Position numbers and translations under genes: made by a program. Positions 13,229 to 25,795 of a DNA stretch of 64,000 nucleotides are shown here, piece after piece. Location of the stretch: positions 80,664,001 to 80,728,000 of the forward strand of contig NW_024704742.1 in NCBI RefSeq assembly GCF_018977255.1, given 5' to 3'. The DNA comes from Callorhinchus milii (Eukaryota). The notes beneath the pieces are model-generated. The model was not told the origin of the DNA. It saw nothing but the letters and a program-made list of their open reading frames with translations, and ran no database searches. The number at the start of each line of letters is the position of its first letter. The first letter of the stretch is position 1.

Positions 13229-13809
13229 AATACAGTATACCTGTGAAGCACTTTGAAATGCCCTCCTGATTGGAAAGGCCCTCTCCCAAATGTAAGGAAT
13301 ATTATTATTATTCCTGGAGGACATCTCAAAATGCTTCACAGGCTGTATTGCAAATGTAGGGACTGTTTATTTTTTGTGAGTGAACATGGGAGCCAACTTG
13401 CGCACAACGATATCCCACAAACAGCTACAAAGTGACCGATTTTTTCTGGACACAAGGAGTGGAAAGCAGAAACCTATTTTGAGTTACCATTCAGAGCCTC
13501 TCCTTACCAAGCAGTAAGTAGGGAGCCAATTGTTAGTTGTTTGATGGATCACTTTTCTGGGGTAATGATCCTTTAGAAACATTTAAAAATATAATGGGTC
13601 ACTAAATCCACAAGTGTTTGTGGAACACTACTGTGCACAAATGGCTGATGTGTTTCTCCCACAAAATATACAGTTAATTCACTTCACAGTATAGTCCGTG
13701 AAGTGCTTTGAGACGTCTCAAAGACGTGATAAGACACTATATCAAATGCAAGGATTATTATTATTAATATAGAAGCTGGTAAAAAGAAAACATTAAGTAG
13801 TGCCAAAAG

Positions 13810-13996
13810 GAATTGGATGGCACTGGAGTTCTTTCATCTTCAAAACATGGGCTTCAATCCAGGCCTCACAGATGGGATGAAAGGTCTTTGCTTGCCCTTT
13901 TAACAGCTGTAAAAGGGTCCAAGTGAAAGTTTGGATAGTTCCCAGTAGATACTAAACTGTCGCTAACAAAACTGTGCTCATGATTGACTTTTGGCA
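13810..13996 (+). mobile_element. Ancient LF-SINE-like fragment
   Basis: CTTTCATCTTC..TTCAATCCAG..GATGGGATGAAAG..GCTGTAA..GTGAAA..AGTTCCCAGT..CAAAACT..TTGGCAC follows a recalled LF-SINE-like layout; related copy at 43355-43560. Confidence 0.45.
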
Positions 13997-14227
13997 CACA
14001 TTCAGCACACACACGCGCATTCACAGTGTGGCACCTGTACACACACGTATACAAAGACACTCACATGCATACACACACACAGAAACAATCACGCACTTGT
14101 TCATTCACATATACACATTCACACTTATATCAAACACACATACACATTCATGCACATGCATGTAAACACTCACGCACAGCCACACACATACACACTCACA
14201 CTCATATACATACTCGTGTGTGCACAG
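13996..14227. repeat. Degenerate (CA)n microsatellite
   Basis: About 230 bp of interrupted CA/TA repeats. Confidence 0.9.
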
Positions 14228-15704
14228 AGTCAGAAACAAAACAAAATACTAAGGATAGACTCTGTCCTCATAAAATACATTTCTGCATACCTTAAAAATG
14301 TGTTTAGTGTGCGGTTTAGTAAAATATTTGCAAATGAATGACATTTTCCTCCAAATGATTGTGTTTATTGCATCTGTATATCTTCTAATCAGTAAAACAA
14401 TAAAAAAAAGAACAAGCAAGTTAGATTAGACTTTTGTTTAATTCATCTTACATTGCTTTTTTTAAAAAAAAGGAATTTTGAGATCAATGGATGCAGCAAA
14501 CATCAGATCGGAATTGATAATCTGGAAGAGATTTTGCCAGATATCTGTGTATTTGCTGTTGTATTTGTGAATTGTTATTCTGTTACCGGAATAGATAACC
14601 AGCTGTAATCACAGGTGGCTTGTGAATCTGGGGGTGATGGTGGGTGGTGGGGGGTGTTGGACCCCTTAGACAGGTGAGGTTGGCTTGACTGACAGGTCCA
14701 TTGGCCAATCAGAGCTGAGGAAGCCCTGATGAGCAGCCCATTGGACTGGAAGTGGGTGGGTGCCTACAACAAATTTGGAGAGGGGCAAGAGCAGGCATGT
14801 GGGTATCATGGGTTGGGGCTGCTCAGAGGATTGGCTATGGTCCTTCTCAAGCCTCAAGGTTTTCCCCCACCAGCTTCCCTTAAAGAGATGAGCTGTCGCT
14901 AGATGGGGGGTTGAGTCCTCTCTAGCCCTGGCCACCCTCTGCCTATGGCTGCAATGTAAACTATCCTGGAGTGATGAGAATGTGACTTGTGTTGATGTTT
15001 TGCTGCCACATGCTGCCTTTAGGGGGTGCTGCTGACAACATTACTGACATTGCTGACAACATCCACAGGGTGATCTGGAACTGCACACACACTGCTGCAA
15101 AGGTTTGATTTGGATTTGCTCTCATTCTCACCCAGAGGCAGTGACTCATGCTGGGCTACAATTCCAGGAATACCAATTCACCTTCCTTTAGGATGTTGGA
15201 AGCATTCTTTCCTCAAAGTCAAACGTTTGCAGGCTGAAGCCCCACATTGGGATTTGTGGCTCAAAATCCAGGTTGGCACTCCGGTGCAATACTTAAAAGA
15301 GGGCTGCATTGTTGAGCTGTTGTCCTTTGGATGAGATATTAAACTGCCAGTTCAGGTGGAAGTTGGAGATCTTAGTTAAAGATGATGCTTTACGTTTCGG
15401 TTCTGAAACACTGATTGTCCAGCACCTTGGGATGTCCTCCCGACATGAAAGGCACTGTACAAATGTAATTTTCTTGTTGTTATGAGTAATTAATGCCATT
15501 GCTGTTTGTTGGACTCTGCTGTATTCAAATTCTTTGCATCTATCCAGAAATATACAGAAGCTACAGGAATGACCTGTGAGATATTTCAGTGTTATAAGCA
15601 CCATAACAAATGCAAGATTTATTATTACTACATAGTGAATGTCAACATGCTCTTTCACTTGAGGGTGTAGTAGCCAAGATTCATTTTATCCTCATCCACC
15701 ACTC

Positions 15705-15731
15705 AATACAATACAATACAATACAATACAA
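15705..15731. repeat. (CAATA)n microsatellite, tail of an inverted L2-type end
   Basis: About five CAATA units next to TTTGCATTTATATAGCACC. Confidence 0.85.
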
Positions 15732-16139
15732 ATTTGCATTTATATAGCACCTTCCACGTCATAAAATCCCATAGCACTTAACATTGCTACCTGGGCACTC
15801 AAACTTGGGGTGTTAGCCTACAAGATCTACAGTACCTTGGCTTCTGTCAATCCCAATCGGATGTTTGTTCCATGTGCAGTTTATTCCATTTTTTGGGCTT
15901 ATGGAAACAGACTGCTCCTTGGCTGTTGACTGGACCCTTTTCAAATGATGTTCGAACACAGTATCCTATCTTCCTCCACCATAATCTAAAAATACTGGAA
16001 GCACAAAAAATATCTTTAAAAATATATCTATTAATATTTACAAACATATATGAAAAAACCTTAAATATATACTCCCAGTAGTAAACGGATGGCAGAGATT
16101 CTTCACACTCAGTTCATTGCAGTCTTATCTGGTAGCGTT

Positions 16140-16455
16140 GTCCTAGCTGGAAAGGCACTGGGAAAACTTGCCAAAACATGCTTTCAATGGCAAGCTTTAG
16201 AATTTTAGCTGGTTAAATTCCAGCAACTTTCCCCAAGGCAACGTTCACAAGCGTTGTCTCTTGCCAGACTGCACCTAATACTCTGTCCCTCCATGGAGAA
16301 AGTGAGTCCCTCCAGGGAGAGACTGATGTGCATTTCATTCCAATACAAAAGAGTTTCCATGTGGAGGTGGGATACACGGAACTCTCAGTCTGGTCGGGAT
16401 ACTCTTAAGCATGGTGATGGTTTTCTGCAGGTGTCAGACAACAGGCTGAAAAAAG
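16140..16455 (+). mobile_element. Putative 3' UTR of the unclassified non-LTR family
   Basis: CAATGGCAAGCT..TTTTAGCTGGTTAAATTCCAG..TCCCTCCAGGGA..ATACTCTTAA..GGCTGAAAAAA is shared with the copies near 34887, 39798 and 43610. Confidence 0.75.
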
Positions 16456-16459
16456 AACT

Positions 16460-16860
16460 ATTAAACACAGTTGGGTGGAAATATCCAGAGACTGAGGAAA
16501 AGGGATATGACTGTGATGGATCTGAGCCCTCTTGGTAGCAATAATGGGAGTTCTTTACCTCTCTGATAGCTGCCTGGTTTGGAGACCACTTCACAGGTGG
16601 CATCGTAATGCATGAGAACAGTTGGATACGGAAAACAAATTAAATCTTTCAGATTCAGATTCAGATTGCGAGGGATGGAAATGCCGCTGTTTAGTAAGTA
16701 GTGTTCCAGGTTTTTTTNAATGTCTCCCTGAAGGCCTTTCACAATTCGAAATAAAAAATTGCAAATGTTCAAACACTGGAGGTTTTGTGCAAAACATAGG
16801 TAGAATGCAATGGAGAATGTGAAAGAAACAGTTTTAAGGAGGTAAGTGTACGTAGAGCAG
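16460..16860 (+). mobile_element. Decayed hAT-type transposase core fragment
   Basis: KGYDCDGSE/LGSNNG/V..H..VA/HR..FFNVSLK across frameshifts resembles GxxxDGAxxMLGxNNGV..HCxAHR..FFxxSPK. Confidence 0.4.
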
Positions 16861-17009
16861 TTTTTTTTCAGAATAGTTTGTATTGAACTTCAGAAAGCAT
16901 TTTACAGTAATTATTGTCAAGTTTTAGTAGGCAAAGTGATGTGGTGTTCAATTTTGACCCGTTTGTTTTCTGCATAAAGGGTTTGAGCAGACTTTTCAAG
17001 GAGCCAAAA

Positions 17010-17210
17010 TATGGAGGAGTGCGGCATTGATGAAGCCGCTGTCCTTCTTACGAGATGTTAAATCAAGGTCCCATCTGTCTCATCAGGTGGACCTTAAAGA
17101 TCCCACGATACTACTCAAAAAAGAGTGGGAGATTCTCCCAGTGTTCTGGCCAATCCCCCAGAAAGAGAATTGGTCATTCACCTCATGGCTGTTCAAGGGA
17201 CATTGCTGTG
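17010..17210 (+). mobile_element. Deu-domain SINE fragment
   Basis: GAGATGTTAAATCAAGGTCCCATCTG..CAGGTGGACCTTAAAGATCCCACG..GTGTTCTGGCCAA. Confidence 0.75.
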
Positions 17211-18950
17211 TCCTCCATTTCAATTTCCCCTGCCCCATCTCCTCTAACTTCGCCACCTTCCTCTCTACCCTAAACCTAACCCTCCATGTAAACTCCCCAA
17301 CCCATAACCACGGCCACCCTTTCAACCTCATCATCACCCATGGCCTTGATATCTCTGATCTGACCACCACATACAAGGCCACCTCAGACCACTTTCTCAT
17401 CTCTCTCTCCTCTCATATCATCCTCCCCTCCTTTCACCATCTTTTCCACCCATGGAAAAAGCTTCCACCCCGAATCCCTCAAAAAACGCCCTCTCAACTT
17501 CAGACCTTCTCTCTCTCTGGCCTTTCATCCAAAGTGATCCAAACGCAGCCGTCAAGCTGCTGAACGATCACCTCTCCTCAACTTTCAATTCCCTTCTTTC
17601 CAACCCGCTCCCCTGGCACAACAGACATCTCTGCTTCCTGAAATCCCAAACCCGGTTGCTTGAGCGCAGATGGCACAAAACTGGCCAGTCGTGGCTCAAG
17701 CATCGTCACACTTACTGCTGGTCCCTCCCTCAATCCCAAACCGCTTTCTATTTACAGGTCATGCTTGAGGCCCCAAACACCCCCAAAATCCTATTCTCCA
17801 GTACCCACCACCTCCTCAACGCCCCCTCTCAAGCATCGCAATCCTCACTTCCGATGCCAAGTGTGAAGAGGTCCTGGACTTCTTTATCCTTGAGATACAT
17901 ACCATCCACGTGGGTGGCTGCCTCCTCCCCAATCCCCACATGTCGCCTACCAGCCCCACCCCCTGCCATGCCTACTTTATCACCCTGTCCTTCTACCACG
18001 ATTCTTACCATAGCCCCTATCATACACTCCATCCAGCTTCTGGAAAATCAACTCCCATTCCTCTTCTCCCTGCTGACGTGAAAAACGCTATTCAAATGGA
18101 ATTTGTTGTTGCTTGTTGACACAATCAACTGGTCCCTCTCTTCAGGCTCCGTCCCACCTCCCCTCAAAACCACTTTCATCAGTCCTCTTCTTAAAAAAAC
18201 ACACTCTCCTTCCCTCCAATTTCACAAATTTCAGACCCAACTCAAACCTGCCTTTCCTGGCCAAGGTTTTGAAATGTGTCATTGGAAATCAACCTTCCTC
18301 ACACCTCTCGCTCCACTCCCTACTCGCCTTTTGCCCTGCCCACAGCAATGAGAGTAAATTTAACTTGCAAAGTAACAACAAACTCCTCTCTCTCTGTGAC
18401 CAAGGCTCCTTCTACCTCATCATTGTCCTAGGCCTCACCGCTGTGTTCGACACTGTCGATCTCGCCATCCTCCTCCAGCACCTCTACTTCCTCATTCACC
18501 TTAATGGGACCACACTCACATGGTTCAAGTCCTACTTAACCAACCACCAACAATACATCTCAGCAAATGGTTTTTACTCCTGCTCCCGCCCGGTCACCTG
18601 CGGGGTACCACAAGGTCCTCTTCTTTTCCTTAGTTACTTGCTGCCTCTCAGCGATGTCATTCACAGGCATGGGGTCAACTTCCACATGAATGACACCTAA
18701 ATCTACTTTTTCTCCTCCTCCAGTTGTGACTCTCAGTTCGTTGATATCCTGTTAGTTTGTTTGACGGACATCAAGGCCTGGATGAGCGCAAATTTCCGGC
18801 AGCTGAATGTTGGCAAGATAGAAGCCACATTCTTTGGCTTCCGTCTTCACTCCTGCGGGTCAGTCCTGCGGGACGACTCCTTTGTGACTACCTAGCTGGA
18901 CTATTCCAATGCCCTCCTCGCTGATCTCCCCAGCTCCACCATACACAAAT
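17205..18950 (+). mobile_element. Long degraded L2 (endonuclease end to RT), cut off by a CR1
   Basis: HVNSPTHNHGH..LIIT, SDHFLI, FRPNSNLPFLAKVL, AVFDTVD, GVPQG. Confidence 0.92.
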
Positions 18951-21475
18951 TCATAGAATCATAGAATCGCACAGCATAAAAAGAGGCCATTCGGCTCATT
19001 GAGTCTGTGACGGCTCTTTGAGAAGAACAATGTAATGTCAAATCCCACTCCCCAGCCCATTCCCTATAACCCTGCTGACCCGTCCTCCTCAAATCCCGTC
19101 CACTGCAGTTTTAAAAGTTGTTATTGAATCGGCCTGCACCACCCTTTCAGGTAACGTGTTCCAGATTCAAACAACTCGCTGCGTGAAAACATTTCTTCTC
19201 ATTTCCCCTCTGCTTCTTTTAGAGACTATTTTGAATCTGTGACCTCGAGTCACCGATACACCCACCATTGGAAACAGTTTTTCCCTTTCTAACCTATCAA
19301 ATCCCCTCATGATTTTGTAGACCTCTATTAGGTCTCCTCGTAACCTTATCTGCTGCAATGAGAATAATCCCCACCTCTCTAGCCTTTCCTCATAATCAAG
19401 GTCCCTCATTCCTGGTACCATTCTTGTAAATTTCCTCTGTGCCCTTTCCAGTGCCTTAACATCCTTCCTATAGTGTGGTGCCCAGAACTGGGCGCAGTAT
19501 TCTAACTGAGGCCTAACCAGTGTTTTATATAGGTTAATCATAACCTCCTGACTCTTGTACTCTATGCCCCTATTTATAAACCCTAGTATCCCATATGCCC
19601 TTTTTACAGCTTTATCTACCTGTCCGGCCACCTTCAAGGATTAATTTACCTGAAACCCCAGGTCTCTGTTCGTTCACCCCCCTTAAGATTGTATTACATA
19701 GCCTATATTGTCTCCCCTCATTCTTTCTACCAAAATGCATTATCTCACATTTCTCCACATTGAGATTCATCTGCCATGTGTCTGCTCATTTTACCATTCT
19801 GTCTATATCTTCCTGCAGTTGGCTGCTATCTGTCTCACTGTTTACCACCCTACCTAACTTTGTGTCGTCCGCAAACTTGAAAATGGTACTTGCTATATCC
19901 AAGTCCAGATGATTTATCTATATCAAGAAGAACAGTGGTCCTAGTACTGATCCCTGGGGGATGCCACTGTGCACATCATTCCAGTCAGAAAAGCAGCCGT
20001 TCACCAGAACCCTCTGCTTTCTGTCTCCCAGCCAGTTCTGGATCCACGCTGCCATTCTCCCTTTTATCCCATGGGCTTCTATCTTTCTTACAAGGCTTTC
20101 ATGTGGCACTTTGTCAAATGCCTTTTGAAAGTCCATATAAACTACATCAACTTCACTTCCTTTATCCACCCTCTCCGTTACCTCATCGAAAAATTCTATT
20201 AGATTTGTTAGACAAGATTTGCCTTTAACAAATCCATGTTGGCTGTCCCTAATTAACCCATATTCTTCTAAGTGAAGATTTATTCTGTCCCGGATTATAG
20301 TCTCCATGAGTTTCCCCACTACTGATGTTAGGCTGACTGGCCTGTAGTTCCCAGGTTTGTCCTTCTGTCCCTTTTTGTATAGGGGAGTCACATTGGCCAC
20401 TCCAGTCCTCTGGCACCACCCCTGTATCCAACGAAGATTGAAAAATTGTAGCCAAAGCCTCCGCTATTTGTACCCGTGCCTCCCATAGTAATCTTGTTTG
20501 CATCCCGTCCGGACCGGGCGACTTATCTTCCAGTTGCCTGGTCAACCTTTCCAGTACTTCCTCTCTGTTTATACTTCTGCTATCCATTTCCTCTACCCTC
20601 TCCTCCGATACTGCAGCATTTGGCGCATCCACTTCTTTTGTGAAGACAGATGCAAAGTACTCATTCAGTACATCAGCCATGCCCTCTGCCTCCACAATAA
20701 GATTTCCCCCTTGGTCCTTAATTGGCCCCACCCTACCTATGACTGACCTTTTTTCTTGATGTGTTTGTAAAATATTTTAGAATTCCCTTTAATGTTACCC
20801 GCTAACCTTTTCTCGTATAATCTTTTTGCCCCTCTTATTTCCTTTTTCAAATCTCTTCTGCACTCCCTATATTCTATTTGGTTGTCTTCTGTGTCTTGGG
20901 TTTGACATTTGTCATACGCCTCCTTTTTCTGCTTCATTCTAGATACAATTACCTTTGTCATCCAGGGAGGTTTGGAAGCCCTACTTTTCCCTTTTGTGGG
21001 AATGTATTTATTCAGTCCCCGAGCTGTCTCATCCTTGAAGACTTCCCACTGCTCTTTAGTTGTTTTACCTGCCAATCTTTCTTTCCAGTTCACCTTGGCC
21101 AAGTCCCTTTTTAATTCACTGAAACAAATCCTCTTCCAGTTGAGTATCTTCAGCTTTGATGGTTCCTTGTCTCTTTCCATATGCACTCTGAATCTAATGA
21201 TGTTGTGATCACTATTGCCCAGATGCTCTCCCACTGAAACCTGCTCCACTTGCCCTACTTCATTCCCCAGAACTAGATCCATCACTGCTTCCTTCCTCAT
21301 TGAGCTGGAAATGTACTGATCAAGAAAGTTGTCCTTTATGCATTTTAGGAATATTTCCCCCTCCTTGCCCTTTGCGCTGTTGTTTTGCCAGTCTATGTTG
21401 GGATAATTAAAGTCCCCCATTATCACGCCTCTATTGGCTTTGCATCTGTCTGAGATCTGCTTGCAAATCTGCTCA
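18951..21475 (-). mobile_element. CR1 LINE, 5'-truncated (APE endonuclease + RT), frameshifted
   Basis: [77 protein letters not shown]; (TTCTATGA)n 3' tail. Confidence 0.97.
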
Positions 21476-21476
21476 T

Positions 21477-21787
21477 GTGGAGTCCTGTTGCTCAGTGGTT
21501 AGAGAACTCACTTTGCAAGTGAGAGGCCTGAGTTCAATTCCAGGCAGGGCGAAACCTTGGGCAAGTTTCCTTACTCCACACACCTAATAATAATACCTCA
21601 AAAAAAACCCAATAATAAATCGGTCTTTTTCAATGACTGTTTGTGGGACATTGCTGTGCGCAATTGGCTGCCGGGTTCGCCCACAAATATACAGTCAATT
21701 TACTTTACAGTATATTCTGTGAAGCGCTTTGGGTCGTCTAGAAGACGTGAAAAGCGCTATATCAAATGCAAGGATTATTATTATTAT
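21477..21787 (+). mobile_element. Full-length tRNA-Ala-derived SINE
   Basis: A and B boxes, TGC anticodon loop, L2-type stem-loop, (ATT)n tail. Confidence 0.93.
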
Positions 21788-23166
21788 CTCTTTCCTTCCC
21801 ATTATTTGGTGGTCTCTATAGTATAACCCTACCAGCTTTACAGCTCCTTTTTTGTAGTGGAATTTGCTCCCCCGTATTGATCTGTGTGGTGAAAATTGGC
21901 TTCCAGCTGAGTCTGGCATGTTCAACAGTCAGTTGCCTGACTAACAGTTTGCTGGCTTATGGCTGCTGGACTGCTTTGAACTTCAGTGGCTGAATCTGCT
22001 CCTCATTAGCTACATATGATTCAGATCTGAATGATCTGTGCACCACCCAGCTTTAGACATGCTACAGTACTTACAAGCTTTGTCTGAAAATCAAAGCACC
22101 TGAACAGCAGTCTGACATTCCGGGGGGTCCAACCATGTACGACAATTTTGGTTTAAAAGACTAAGGTTGTGCAGAGTTTACGGCAAATTCTTAAATTTTC
22201 TCTTAGTTTGTAATGTGGTTTCTAGTCAGTTTTAAAATTATGACTGAATTTAAATTCTACACAATCTTAAATTTTAAGGTCTTACAGCCTAAGACAAGAT
22301 GAAATTTTTGGTTGCACATACTGCTGACAGTGTTAATAACAACTGTTAAACAATTGGTTCCCTTCTTCATTGTTTTCTCCAAATCGTTATTTCTGCTTCC
22401 TCTCCCCTCAGCATTTTTATGTACAAATATCATCTACATGTTACCTTTTATTGATGTTGCATCATGGTTGTGTCTCTGTGACCCAGACTGAGTCATTGCA
22501 TGTCACAAGCAATGTCTGTGAACTGTGAGCATCGATTGATGTGAAAATCTTTGTCTGGCAAAGGAGCTGGGTTTCAGCAGGCAGTCACATTTCATCAATG
22601 AAGATAACTTAAGGTAATTATCATTGGAAAGATTAAATATTTAAGCTGAGCTGTGACAAGTGGCCAGAAAAGATAATTCACCATTGATCATCTAAGAATA
22701 AGTTAATTTGAGCCAGTGGGTTACACATTATATGCAAGAAAGCATACATTACATTGGTAAAAAAATTATATCTAAGCTTAATTCAATGTCCCCCAAATGG
22801 AATTTGTAACATTCTACATGTTTTGTTTAAGATACTAAGGAGTTGAACTTCTGTGCACTACATAGCAAATCTGAATTTAGATTTGAAAGATTGGCCGTGT
22901 AATTTGGAAAGTGCATAAAGATAGGATAGTTAAATTTACATTGCTGCGGGCTGTTTGAACAGGTTTTGCAGAGTTATAGTTGTGCTGTCAAACCATAGGA
23001 AATGGCCTCAGATTTGCACCTATTCAGGGACACATTTAATTGCATAGAAAATAATTTTACATTGAGAGCAACATAGACGATGTATAAAGATGTCTATTTG
23101 AAACAGCATAGAATGAACATTGACTTGGTAGTGGTTATTTATGGACTGGATAAAGTTGACTTGTGA

Positions 23167-23527
23167 CCCGAAACAGCAGCTCCCTCCAGTCAGTGGTGGG
23201 GGGCCCCGGGGGGGTTGCGGGTGGCACAGGGTTTGGGGGGTGTTGGGGGGTCAAAACGGCTGCCACAAGGAGATGGGTCCTGATTGTAATGGAGTTTAAA
23301 TAGTTGTGTTTTTTCTGTTATGGTTGTTCTTTTCCATGAGGCCAAGCGGAATGTGTTTTTTAGATAATAATTAATATATTTGCTTGGGAAAACAAGAGGA
23401 CGGGGCCATTGCACATTGTAACCGGGTTGAAGTAGCTTTCTGTGTTTTTTTCTGTCACGGGTGTGGTTTTTCATGAGGAAAGTGATATATATTTTTTAAA
23501 TTAATATGATTGTTTATATAAAAAAAG
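23167..23527 (+). mobile_element. Poly(A)-ended retroposed insertion with 12-bp target-site duplication (L1/Tx1-like 3' end or retrocopy)
   Basis: GTTGACTTGTGA at 23155-23166 and 23528-23539; G-rich 5' part; ends in an A-tract. Confidence 0.75.
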
Positions 23528-23749
23528 GTTGACTTGTGAATGAAATTGAAACCCTCTGGTATTAAAGATGAGAGGTATTAAGGACAAGAATTAAGGTATA
23601 TATATATTATATATATCATCAGTGAGTGCTTAAAATATAATACAAATTTACATTTGTAGAGCGTTTTTCATGTCAGGAGAACCTCCCAGGGTATGTAATG
23701 GTCCTGAGCTGGGGGTGAAAGCCGAGGAATGTGGAGAGGGGAAAGCTGT

Positions 23750-23922
23750 CACTTTTTCAAGACAGAGGTAGATAGATATTTGTTAGGTCAGGGTATTAAG
23801 GGATATGGGGCAAGGGCCTTTAATTGTACTTGAGGTACAGATCAGCCATGATCTCATAAAATGTCGGAACAGGCTCGAGGGGTTGAAAAGCCTACAACTG
23901 TTAGTATGTTTCTATGTTTCTA
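23750..23922 (+). mobile_element. CR1 3' end
   Basis: TTCAAGACAGAGGTAGATAGAT..ATTAAGGGATATGGG..CAGATCAGCCATGATCTC; (TATGTTTC)n tail. Confidence 0.85.
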
Positions 23923-25795
23923 TCAACACTTACTGTTCTGCCCTCACGTCAGCTAAATCATCCTTCCACTCCAAGACAATCTTGGAGGCCAAGGACAACC
24001 ACAGGCTTCTCTTCTCCATCACCAACTGGCTCCTCCGCTCACCCTCTCACACCTCACCCATCCTCTCCTCCAATGCCAACTGTGAGGTGATGCTGGACGT
24101 CCTCAAAACCAAAGTCAAGGGGATCCACTCAGCTGCCTCTGCCATTCCGATCACTAAGCCCTCCCCATCTCCCCCTCACACTCCAGCCCCTACCCATCTT
24201 TCCCTCAACACCTTCAAACCTGTCTTCCCCTCCTCTTTCACCAACATAAACCACATGAAGCCCACCACCTGTTCCATCAAATCCATCCCTACCCCTATCC
24301 TTACCTCCCAGCTCCACCTCTTTGTCCCCTATTCATAGACATCATAAAGTTCTCCCTATCCACTGGCATTGTTCTCACCCTCTTTAAAATGGCCAACATC
24401 ACTCCTATCCTTAGAAAAAACCTTCCTGGACCCATCCCTGTTCTCAAATTATTGCCCCATCTCTAACCTACCTTTCCTTTCCAAGGTTCTGGAATAAGTC
24501 GTTGCTTCCCAGCTTCACTTCTTCCTCTCCCACCACTCCCTTCATAAACCCCTCCAATCAGGTTTCTGTGCCACCCACAGCATAGAAACAGCTTTGGTCA
24601 AAGTGAGAAATGACATTTTGGCCATCTACGACCAGGCCTCCCTCTGCCTCCTTGTCCTCCTTGATCTCTCTGCTGCTGTTGATATTGTTGACCACTCTAT
24701 CCTCCTCCACTGCCTCTCCTCCCACCACAACATTCATAATTCTGTCCTTGAATGGATCAGATCCTACCTGTCCCACTTTGTCCACTTCATCTCCACAAAC
24801 GGTTTCTCCTCTAACTCCCGCACCATCTAGTGTGGCGTTCCTCAGGGCTCTGTTTTTGGTCCCCTTCTCTTCAATATCTATATGCTGCGTCTTGGTGACA
24901 TTGCCGCAGACATGGGGTCATCGGATGTATGTGGATGACATCCAACTCTATCTCTCTGCCTCCACCTTCGACTCCAGGACCACTGCTCTCCTGACGGAAT
25001 GTCTCTCAGACATGAAGCCCTGGATGAGAGCTAACTTTTGAATGGTAACAAGACCAAGGCTCTCCTGATTGCCACCCATCAGTGCCTCCACACCTCAGAT
25101 GCTGACAGCATCACCATCCAAGGATGCACACTCCACCTCACTGAGTCAGTGCGAAACCTTGGTGTCTTGTTTGACCCTCAACTATACTTTCTACCCCTAT
25201 ATCCATGCCATGACTCGCTCTGCCTATTGCCACATGTGCAACATCGCCCGATTCCGCCGCCGTGTCACACGACAGGCCGCTGAGACGCACATAGATGCAT
25301 TCATAACATTCAGGCTTGACTATGCAAACTCCTTGCTTGTCAGCTTCCCCAACTCCTCCCTCCACAGGCTGTATATCATCCGGAACTCTGCAGCCAGTGT
25401 CCTCTCCTGCACCAGGCTCCGTAACCCTACCACCTCCATTCTCGCCCGACTTCACTGGCTTCCCATCACACAGAGGATGCAGTTCAAGATCCTGGTCCTC
25501 GCCTTGAAACTCCTCCATGGTCTCACTCCCCCTACCTCTGCAACCTCCTAATCCCCTACCAACCTGCCTATTCCCTCCGCTCAGTGGGCTTCGGCCTGCT
25601 TCACATCTGCTGCCTCGCCCACCGTACTATTGTTGGGCTGGACTTTAGCCACTCTGCCCCCACCCTCTGGAACTCCATTCCACAGTCCCTCTGCCTCGCT
25701 CCCTCCCTTACCTCCTTAAAAGCCTCTCCTCTTCGACCATGCCTTTGATCACCCTCCATCTCCCCCTGCCCTCCACCCTCCCTGATCCTGACATC
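23922..25795 (+). mobile_element. Degraded L2 ORF2
   Basis: [50 protein letters not shown]. Confidence 0.93.

Noticed and set aside
13974..14341. His/Thr-rich ORFs
   Set aside because: Translation of a (CA)n microsatellite.
14726..14752. CTGATGAG hammerhead-like core within a CCAAT-rich GC segment
   Set aside because: No correctly placed GAAA or supporting stems; the segment remains unassigned.
16718..16718. Ambiguous N bases (also 56660)
   Set aside because: Both sit at homopolymer ends and are assembly uncertainty.
21479..21552. tRNA-Ala(TGC) gene (also near 4320 and 32880)
   Set aside because: Each runs into a SINE body and L2-type tail; these are SINE heads.
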